From Candidatus Nealsonbacteria bacterium (GTDB lineage: Bacteria; Patescibacteriota; Minisyncoccia; Minisyncoccales; RBG-13-42-11), in contig JAPLXL010000002.1 of assembly GCA_026396115.1 (NCBI GenBank), positions 5,142-69,141 of the forward strand: DNA of 64,000 nt. The letters are read 5' to 3'. Below the pieces are notes generated by a model, which searched no databases, was not told where the DNA came from, and saw only the letters and a program-made list of their open reading frames with translations. Numbering within the stretch: the stretch's first letter is position 1; every line of letters begins with the position of its first letter. Positions 16,581 to 23,447 of this stretch are shown in pieces. Made by a program: the position numbers and the translations under genes.

Positions 16581-17596
16581 GAAATTAAATTATTTTTTGT
16601 TTCAAATTTGCCTTCCAAGAATTTTTCAATTACCCAAATATTGGTTCGGCAGTGATTTGTGATTTCGGAAATTGTCACTTGACTTTTACCTTTAGATAAA
16701 GCCATATAGGGAAGAATTTGATCGGCTAAATGTCGATCTAAACACGCTTCAGACTTTTGCTCCTTTAATAATTCCAGAGCTGCTTCTTTGCCAACATCTT
16801 CAGCTCTTTTCCCCAATTTCCCTAAATTATCAACTCCCATTAACGTGTTTTCAAATTCTCCGATTAAACAAACTTGGCTGCCTGGAGATTTGGTTTGATG
16901 ATATTCGACTTGTTTTTCAATTGGCAAGTTTAATTTTCCTAGAATTTCTCTTACGCCGGCAATTTGTCTCTCAGCAACTTTTTTTTCTTTTAAAGATTCA
17001 GAAGCGCCAGAGATTGCTAAAAGTTTTTTTAATTGGTTTCTTTCGGTTAAATTAAGGTTTTTTAATCTGGCAGGGAAAACCGTAACTTCTACTTTGGCTC
17101 CGCCTTCTGGATAATAACCTCGTCTTAGAATATTAATTTCTACTTTGCCGTTCATTTTTTTTAGAATTTTCAAAAACACATATTGAAAATAGTCAATAGT
17201 GGGCGAAAAAAAAGTATCGGTTGCTCCGCCATCAAATGTAATTTTGACAGGAAAGAGAGCGAATAAAGCTGGCGGAATTAAAGTTTGCAAAACTAAAGTA
17301 ATGCTTCCGGCAGTTTCAATTTTTATATGTAAGTCCTTCGCCTCAATGTCATGGGGATAAAATTTTATTTCCTGTGAACCTAAAAAATCTCCTTCCAAAT
17401 CAGCGTTGCTTAGTTTAGCTAAGGTTTGAATCCCCAAAAGATGCTGCAGCATTAATCCGGGTTTGAGCCGATTTTTGCGTATATTAAACACCCGGCAAGG
17501 TTTTTTCGTTACTGCCGAGAGAGCACAGGCCGTTCTCAAAATTTGTCCTCCACCAGAGCCGTATGCCCCATCAATTTTAATAGTTTGATATGACAT
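16565..17596 (-). CDS. rtcA: RNA 3'-terminal phosphate cyclase
   Basis: IDGAYGSGGGQILRTA N-terminus and an RtcA-length protein. Confidence 0.88.
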   Translation of the reverse strand: MSYQTIKIDGAYGSGGGQILRTACALSAVTKKPCRVFNIRKNRLKPGLMLQHLLGIQTLAKLSNADLEGDFLGSQEIKFYPHDIEAKDLHIKIETAGSITLVLQTLIPPALFALFPVKITFDGGATDTFFSPTIDYFQYVFLKILKKMNGKVEINILRRGYYPEGGAKVEVTVFPARLKNLNLTERNQLKKLLAISGASESLKEKKVAERQIAGVREILGKLNLPIEKQVEYHQTKSPGSQVCLIGEFENTLMGVDNLGKLGKRAEDVGKEAALELLKEQKSEACLDRHLADQILPYMALSKGKSQVTISEITNHCRTNIWVIEKFLEGKFETKNNLISWMPS

Positions 17597-17652
17597 AGGA
17601 AAAAATTTTATTTAGTGTTGTTTATATTAATTATACTATGTTGCTAATGGGG

Positions 17653-17680
17653 TTGACAAACTCCCTTAGTTTAATAAAAT
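17653..17680 (+). promoter_or_regulatory. Sigma70-like promoter (TTGACA - 16 nt - TAAAAT)
   Basis: Direct reading of the hexamers. Confidence 0.4.
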
Positions 17681-17743
17681 AAACTGTGCCGCGAAAAACC
17701 TTTAGAGAATAAAGAAAAATAAGCTTTTTGATAAGTTTAACCC

Positions 17744-17771
17744 TTGACAGAACTTTTTTGTCGTCTACAAT
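17744..17771 (+). promoter_or_regulatory. Sigma70-like promoter (TTGACA - 16 nt - TACAAT) driving the greA leader
   Basis: Near-consensus hexamers about 210 nt upstream of the greA ATG. Confidence 0.55.
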
Positions 17772-17911
17772 CAAAAGGTAGGAATAAACTTATCGTATTT
17801 TCAGGAATGTTAGTCAAAAACACAAAAGAAAATAATTCCCTTAGAGTTTGGCCTATTTCGAAAAAGGTCTATTGCATTATTATTTTAACTTTTGGAGAAA
17901 TAACTTGCTGA

Positions 17912-17975
17912 AAGGGGGTTAGTCGAATACATAAAAAAATTTTCTCCTAATCCCCCTAGCCAAGGGGGATTTTGT
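17912..17975 (+). promoter_or_regulatory. greA leader attenuator-like alternative hairpins
   Basis: ATCCCCCT-AGCCA-AGGGGGAT plus TTTGT (17950-17975) ends 7 nt before the ATG. Upstream AGGGGGTTAG (17912-17922) can instead pair with CTAATCCCCCT. Confidence 0.45.
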
Positions 17976-17981
17976 AAGAAT

Positions 17982-18458
17982 ATGGCAGAAGAAAAAAAGT
18001 TTCATCTAACTAAAGAAGGATTAGAAAGAATTAAAAAAGAATACAGGACTTTGAAAGAGTTAAAACTTGCCAAAGCCAGAGGAGAATCTCCTAAGATTTT
18101 GCATTCCGAAGATTTAAATCCGGAGTACCTTGCTTTTCAAGAAGATATAAGTTTTTTAGAATTAAGAATTATTGAGCTTGAAAATATTATAAAAAATGCC
18201 GAATTGATTAGGTCGCCCAAGAAAGAAAAACAAAACATTATTGATTTAGGAGCAACGGTTTTAGTTGAGGTAAATGGTCAAACAGACGAGTTTACAATTT
18301 TAGGCTCTTTGGAGGCCAATCCATCTTCGGGAAAAATTTCTAACGAATCGCCGGTAGGTCATACTCTTTTGGGACACAAGGTGGGAGATGTGGTGATTAT
18401 TTCTTCTCCTATTCAGATGATGTATAAAATCAAGAAGATAAAATATCATCTTTCTTAA
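17982..18458 (+). CDS. greA: Transcription elongation factor GreA
   Basis: 158 aa with an N-terminal coiled-coil (LTKEGLERIKKEYRTL) and a C-terminal SPVGHTLLGHKVGD motif. Confidence 0.92.
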   Translation: MAEEKKFHLTKEGLERIKKEYRTLKELKLAKARGESPKILHSEDLNPEYLAFQEDISFLELRIIELENIIKNAELIRSPKKEKQNIIDLGATVLVEVNGQTDEFTILGSLEANPSSGKISNESPVGHTLLGHKVGDVVIISSPIQMMYKIKKIKYHLS

Positions 18459-18483
18459 GAATTTAAGATAATTTTTGGTTTTT

Positions 18484-18509
18484 AGAGAGCAAAACTCTCT
18501 TTTTCGTTT
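18484..18509 (+). terminator. Intrinsic terminator after greA
   Basis: AGAGAG-CAAAA-CTCTCT followed by TTTTCGTTT. Confidence 0.6.
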
Positions 18510-18587
18510 AAATAAATTGTGTTAGATTGAAGTCGAAGAGAAGTTTTTACTTTTTTAAAAAGATAAATAATTTTGTTGAAAACAACA

Positions 18588-19220
18588 ATGATAGGCATTA
18601 ATAAAGTTATTAAAACTCTTATTCTTTCTGATTTTTTTCTTCAGTCCGGCTGGGGCTTAATTGGTCCGATTTTTGCCATATTTATAACCCAGCAAATTCA
18701 AGGAGGAAGCTTGGCTAGCGTTGGTTTTGTCGCTGCAACCTATTGGTTTATAAAATCAATTGTCCAGCCTTTTATTGCTCATTTTCTTGATGTAAAAAAA
18801 GGAGAAAAGGACGATTTTAAATTTTTGATTTTAGGTATGTATTTAGCCAATTTGGTTCCTTTTGGCTATATTTTTGCCACTCAACTCTGGCACGTCTTTT
18901 TATTGGAAACTATTAGGGGATTATGTATGGCTTGCGTGGTTCCTGCTTGGGCAGGTATCTTCACCAGACACATTGACAAGGGCTGGGAAGCGTTTTCTTG
19001 GAGCATTGAAAGCACGGGCATTGGTTTTGCGGCTGCCCTTGCCGCTGCCTTTGGCGGAATATTGGCAACCTTTTTGGGCTTTAAGGTTGTTTTTGTCTTA
19101 GTTAGCTTTTTTGGATTGATATCTTCTTCGCTTTTGCTTTTGATCCGCAATCAACTTTTCCCCAAAGGCCATTTTGAGCCCAAAGTTAAGCCTGGCGAAA
19201 AACCAGAAAGACAATTTTGA
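18588..19220 (+). CDS. Six-helix membrane protein, MFS-half-like
   Basis: Hydrophobic helices throughout. The ATG at 18588 is preferred to the TTG at 18573. Function is not assignable from sequence alone. Confidence 0.4.
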   Translation: MIGINKVIKTLILSDFFLQSGWGLIGPIFAIFITQQIQGGSLASVGFVAATYWFIKSIVQPFIAHFLDVKKGEKDDFKFLILGMYLANLVPFGYIFATQLWHVFLLETIRGLCMACVVPAWAGIFTRHIDKGWEAFSWSIESTGIGFAAALAAAFGGILATFLGFKVVFVLVSFFGLISSSLLLLIRNQLFPKGHFEPKVKPGEKPERQF

Positions 19221-19223
19221 TGA

Positions 19224-19282
19224 GTCGAAGAGGACGAAGTCCTCTTCTTCACCTTCGCTTTCGCTGCGCGAAAGCTCGGTAT
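19224..19282. repeat. Family A type A2 variant filling the spacer upstream of polX
   Basis: GTCGAAGAGGACGAAGTCCTCTTCTTCACCTTCGCTTTCGCTGCGCGAAAGCTCGGTAT, followed directly by ATG. Confidence 0.9.
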
Positions 19283-21055
19283 ATGAAGAACCAAGAACTC
19301 GTCAAGATATTCTACGAAATTGCTGATTATCTCGAAATGGAAGAGGTAGCTTTCAAGCCTTACGCTTACCAAAAGGCAGCTATTACTTTAGAAACTTTAG
19401 AGGAAGATGTTGAAAAAATCTACAAAAAAGGAGGAGTTAAAGCCCTCGAAGAAATTCCCGGCGTAGGAAAAAGCATTGCGGAAAAAATTGAAGAATATTT
19501 AAAAACAGGGAGAATTAAATATTATGAAGAATTTAAAAAGAAGCTGCCTCTTAATTTGGGAGAAATAACTTCTGTTGAGGGAATGGGACCAAAAAAGGCA
19601 ATGGTTTTGTATCAAAAATTGGGGATTAAAAATCTAAAAGATTTGGAAAAAGCAGCCAGAGTCCATAAAATTGCTTTTTTGTTCGGTTTTGGCGAGAAAA
19701 CTGAAAAAAATATTTTAGAAGGGATTGCCTTTTTAAAAAAGAGCAAGGGAAGGTTTCTTTTGGGTGAAATTTTACCCCGGGTAAAAGAAATTTTAGAAAG
19801 ATTGGGAAAATTAAAAGAAATTGAACAGATTGATGCGGCCGGTTCTGTCAGGAGAATGAAAGAAACTATTGGCGATGTTGATATTTTAGTGGCTGTTAAG
19901 GAATCAAAAAAGCCCGCCTTCGCCAAAGCTTCAGCGGATAAAATAATGGATTTTTTTGTTCAATTGTCGGGAATAATTAAAGTTTGGATGAATGGTCCCA
20001 CCAAATCATCTGTTAGAATGGAACAAGGTTTTGATGTGGATTTGAGGGTGGTAAAAAAGAAAAGTTACGGCTCAGCCCTTCAATATTTTACAGGCTCAAA
20101 AGAGCACAACATCGTTACCAGAAGAATTGCCATAGAAAAAGGTTTGAAGCTTTCAGAATACGGTCTTTTTAAAGGAAAAAAGATGATCGCCGGTTGGTCC
20201 GAAGCTGGAATTTATAAAGCTCTTGGCCTTCCTTGGATTGAACCAGAATTGCGAGAAAATCAAGGAGAAATAGAAGCGGCCCTTCGACAAGCTCAGGGCA
20301 AACTCAATGGATTACCAAAATTGGTTGGTTACAAAGACATTAAAGGTGATTTGCATTGTCATTCTGATTGGGATGGCGGAGTAAATTCAATTGAAGAATT
20401 GGCAAGAGCAGCAAAAGATTTTGGTTATGAGTATTTGGGAATTGCTGACCACACAAAATTTTTAAGAATAGAACACGGGTTGGATGAAAGGAAATTAGAA
20501 TTGCGAAATAAAGAAATTGATAAACTTAACCAAAAATACAAAAATTTCAAAATTCTGAAAGGCGCTGAAACCAATATTTTAAACGACGGGTCAATTGATA
20601 TTAAAAATGAGGCCTTAAAAAAATTGGATTATGCTATTGCTGGAATTCATTCTAATTTCAAAATGGGAAAAACCGAAATGACAGAAAGAATAATTCGGGC
20701 AATGAAAAATCCCAATATTGATATTCTTTCTCATCCAACCGGGAGAATATTAAAAAGAAGAGACGAATATCTTTGCGACTTTGACAAAATCTTAAGAGTA
20801 GCTAAAGAATACAATGTAGTTTTGGAAATAAACGCTTTCCCTGAAAGATTGGATTTAAACGACCGGCACATTCGCCGAGCAAAAGAATCGGGAGTAAAAA
20901 TGGTTATTAACACCGACGCCCATTATAAAGACCAATTAAGATTTATAGAATTGGGTATTGCCCAGGCCAGGAGAGGCTGGGCAACTGCAGAAGATATTAT
21001 TAACACCCAATCATTAGAAAAATTACTAAAGTTTTTAGACAAAATATGCCAGTAG
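19283..21055 (+). CDS. polX: Family X DNA polymerase with C-terminal PHP domain (PolX)
   Basis: HhH motifs, GSVRRMKETIGDVDILV catalytic motif and PHP motif DLHCHSDWDGG. Start set at ATG 19283 (MKNQELVKIFYEIADYLE), since upstream codons are repeat DNA. Confidence 0.9.
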   Translation: MKNQELVKIFYEIADYLEMEEVAFKPYAYQKAAITLETLEEDVEKIYKKGGVKALEEIPGVGKSIAEKIEEYLKTGRIKYYEEFKKKLPLNLGEITSVEGMGPKKAMVLYQKLGIKNLKDLEKAARVHKIAFLFGFGEKTEKNILEGIAFLKKSKGRFLLGEILPRVKEILERLGKLKEIEQIDAAGSVRRMKETIGDVDILVAVKESKKPAFAKASADKIMDFFVQLSGIIKVWMNGPTKSSVRMEQGFDVDLRVVKKKSYGSALQYFTGSKEHNIVTRRIAIEKGLKLSEYGLFKGKKMIAGWSEAGIYKALGLPWIEPELRENQGEIEAALRQAQGKLNGLPKLVGYKDIKGDLHCHSDWDGGVNSIEELARAAKDFGYEYLGIADHTKFLRIEHGLDERKLELRNKEIDKLNQKYKNFKILKGAETNILNDGSIDIKNEALKKLDYAIAGIHSNFKMGKTEMTERIIRAMKNPNIDILSHPTGRILKRRDEYLCDFDKILRVAKEYNVVLEINAFPERLDLNDRHIRRAKESGVKMVINTDAHYKDQLRFIELGIAQARRGWATAEDIINTQSLEKLLKFLDKICQ

Positions 21056-21498
21056 AACACTCAGCCGGGGCAATAGTTTTTTGCAAGGAGGGTAATGAGA
21101 TTTATTATCTTCTTTTGCGTTATCCGAACAGCTCAGGCAACACAAAAAAAGAATACTGGGGATTCCCAAAAGGCCACATTGAAAGAGAAGAAAAAATAGA
21201 AGAAACAGCTAAAAGAGAAGTTGAAGAAGAAACCGGATTAAAGGACATTAAATTTATTAATGGATTTAAAGAACAAGAAAAATATTTTTTTATAGGAGGG
21301 GGAAAGAAAATTTTTAAAACGGTCAATTCTTTATTGGCCGAGACGAAAACCAAAGAAATAAAAATCTCTTCGGAGCATCTGGGTTTTAAATGGCTTTCTT
21401 ACGAAGAAGCATTAAAACAATTAACTTTCAAAAATGCCAAAGAAATACTCAAGAAAGCGCATAAATTTCTTTCAATCAAAAAACCACTTCTTTTTTGA
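21046..21498 (+). CDS. NUDIX hydrolase
   Basis: Nudix box GFPKGHIEREEKIEETAKREVEEETGL. Confidence 0.85.
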   Translation: MPVEHSAGAIVFCKEGNEIYYLLLRYPNSSGNTKKEYWGFPKGHIEREEKIEETAKREVEEETGLKDIKFINGFKEQEKYFFIGGGKKIFKTVNSLLAETKTKEIKISSEHLGFKWLSYEEALKQLTFKNAKEILKKAHKFLSIKKPLLF

Positions 21499-21526
21499 GG
21501 TGGTTTTTCTTTTAAATTGGAATTCG

Positions 21527-21874
21527 TCATTCTTTTATTTTTTGGATAATTTTTTCAAAAATTGGAGGATAGTTTTGAACTAAATTGGATAAAATTTTTC
21601 TATCAAGTTCAATTTTATTTTTCTTTAAACTGGCAATAAATTTACTGTAAGAAATTCCTGATTTTCGGCAGGCGGCATTAATTCGAGTTTGCCAAAGTTT
21701 TCGGAACTCTCTTTTTTTTGTTCTTCTGTCGCGATAAGCGTATTCCCAAGCATGGTAAAGAGCGTCTTTCGCCAATCTATATTTTGATTTTCTTCCCCAT
21801 CGAAAACCTTTAGCATATTTTAATATGTGCTTTCTGCGTTTATGCGCTGTTTTACCTCTTTTTACTCGAACCAT
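21527..21874 (-). CDS. rplT: 50S ribosomal protein L20
   Basis: MVRVKRGKTAHKRRKHILKYAKGFRW is a typical L20 N-terminus. Confidence 0.95.
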   Translation of the reverse strand: MVRVKRGKTAHKRRKHILKYAKGFRWGRKSKYRLAKDALYHAWEYAYRDRRTKKREFRKLWQTRINAACRKSGISYSKFIASLKKNKIELDRKILSNLVQNYPPIFEKIIQKIKE

Positions 21875-21880
21875 ATGGCT

Positions 21881-22066
21881 TTATTTAAGTAACCTTTTTA
21901 TTTTTTTTGCTTCAGATTTGGAAACCTCAACCCATTTTCTGCTTTGTCTGATTTTTCCCCCCGATTTTTTTGCCCGATAATGGTCAAGACCGGTTGGTCT
22001 TCTAAAAAGCTTACCGGTCTTGGTAATTTTGAAACGTTTGGTGATTGATTTTCGAGTTTTAGACAT
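21881..22066 (-). CDS. rpmI: 50S ribosomal protein L35
   Basis: 61 aa, basic, in the conserved infC-rpmI-rplT order. Confidence 0.9.
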   Translation of the reverse strand: MSKTRKSITKRFKITKTGKLFRRPTGLDHYRAKKSGGKIRQSRKWVEVSKSEAKKIKRLLK

Positions 22067-22575
22067 TATGCTTTAGATATTATCATAGTAAAACCCCTCG
22101 GTTCTCTTTTTAATTCTTGTTCAATTCTTATTGGAACGATTCCTTTTAAAATTTCCAGGAATTTTTCTATTTTTTCTTTAGCAAAATTTTGAAGAGCTTT
22201 TTGTCTGCCTCTTAAAGGCAATTCTACTCTTACTCTGTCTCCTCTTTTTAAGAATTTCTCTGTTTGGCGAACTCTGGTCTCCAAATCATGTTGAGAGATA
22301 TTAAAAGTCAATCTAATTCCCTTTAGTTCTCCACCTTTATGTTTATGGGTCGCTTTTTCTTTTTTTTCCTCTCGGTAGAGATATTTTCCGTAATCTCCCA
22401 ATCTGCAAACCGCAGGCGTTACTTTTTCTGTTATCTGAATCAAATCTAAATTGCGTTCACGGGCAATCCTGAGCGCTTCTTCCAAAGAAATTATCCCCAT
22501 TTGTTCTCCCGTTTCATCAATTAATCTTAATTCTCTTGCCCTTATTTGGTTATTGATTAATAGTTTTTTAAGCAA
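22066..22575 (-). CDS. infC: Translation initiation factor IF-3 (non-ATG start)
   Basis: INNQIRARELRLIDETGEQMGI. The ORF opens with TTG, and infC genes classically use unusual start codons. Confidence 0.9.
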   Translation of the reverse strand: MLKKLLINNQIRARELRLIDETGEQMGIISLEEALRIARERNLDLIQITEKVTPAVCRLGDYGKYLYREEKKEKATHKHKGGELKGIRLTFNISQHDLETRVRQTEKFLKRGDRVRVELPLRGRQKALQNFAKEKIEKFLEILKGIVPIRIEQELKREPRGFTMIISKA

Positions 22576-22618
22576 ATCTAATTATTAATAGGTAATAATA
22601 AATAATCATTAATTTTTG

Positions 22619-22967
22619 TGGAGGCGGTGGGAATCGGACCCACATCTGAGGCGTTTTCCTAAAATAATTCTACGGGATTAGTCCAGTTTTTTCAAAAAGA
22701 TACAGAATTTAAAACGGACAAAATTTCTATATCTTGAATCCGAATATTTTTCAATAGTTTTTCCGGATTCTGAAAGAACTATTTTATCTCGCAAGATTAT
22801 GACACTCGATTTTACCTAGCGAGAATTAGTAAATCGAATGGCATTAAACGTATGCTAATGCAGGTTGTTTGAACAAGTTGGCACTTATTCTTTTTGTTAG
22901 TTTTTACAAGTTCTAACAACTTGGCCCGCTTATTTTAGTTCACTCCTCATCGAATCCTTTCACCCCC
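22619..22967 (-). ncRNA. ssrA: tmRNA (ssrA)
   Basis: The 5' end GGGGGTGAAAGGATTCGATGAGG pairs with the 3' CGCCTCCA acceptor, including a G3:U pair. T arm is GTGGG-TCCGATT-CCCAC. Candidate tag ORF at 22882-22844 reads ANLFKQPALAYV-stop. Adjacent to smpB. Confidence 0.85.
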
Positions 22968-23418
22968 GCAACTTTAACTCTCTTTCTATGTTTCTTTCTA
23001 TCTCTCGTTTTTTGATTAACTCTCTTTTATCAACTTTCCTTTTCCCTTTTGCTACTCCAAATTCCAACTTTATTCTAGCGTTTTTAGTATACACCCTTAA
23101 GGGTATTAAAGTCAAGCTTTTTTCTTTTGATTTTCCAATTAGGCGTTTGATTTCTTTTTTTCGCAAAAGAAGCTTTCTTGAGCGCTCAGTTTCATAATTA
23201 GGAGGAGCGTTTTTGGGCTGATAAGGAGGAATTTTCGCTCCAATCCAGAATAACTCTTCGTCTTTAATCACTGCATAGGAGCCTGCCAGATTCACTCCTC
23301 TGGTTTTTATTGATTTTACCTCCTGGCCTTGTAAAACAATTCCTGCCTCAAATTTCTCCAGGATTTGGTAATTGAAATAAGCCTTTTTGTTTTCTGCTAA
23401 CACCTTCATTACTTCCAT
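22960..23418 (-). CDS. smpB: SsrA-binding protein SmpB
   Basis: NKKAYFNYQILEKFEAGIVLQGQEVKS is typical of SmpB. Confidence 0.95.
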   Translation of the reverse strand: MEVMKVLAENKKAYFNYQILEKFEAGIVLQGQEVKSIKTRGVNLAGSYAVIKDEELFWIGAKIPPYQPKNAPPNYETERSRKLLLRKKEIKRLIGKSKEKSLTLIPLRVYTKNARIKLEFGVAKGKRKVDKRELIKKREIERNIERELKLRG

Positions 23419-23447
23419 TCTAACAAAAATTGAGATAAACTAAAGAT

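Noticed and set aside
19217-19282. N-terminal extensions of polX (MMSRRGRSPLLHLRFRCAKARY-), the surface protein (MEARY-, 30001), glyQS (31707-31811) and hisS (61950-62003) in the ORF track.
   Set aside because: The extra codons are family A repeat DNA that happens to be open. Conserved protein N-termini begin at the downstream ATG in every case.
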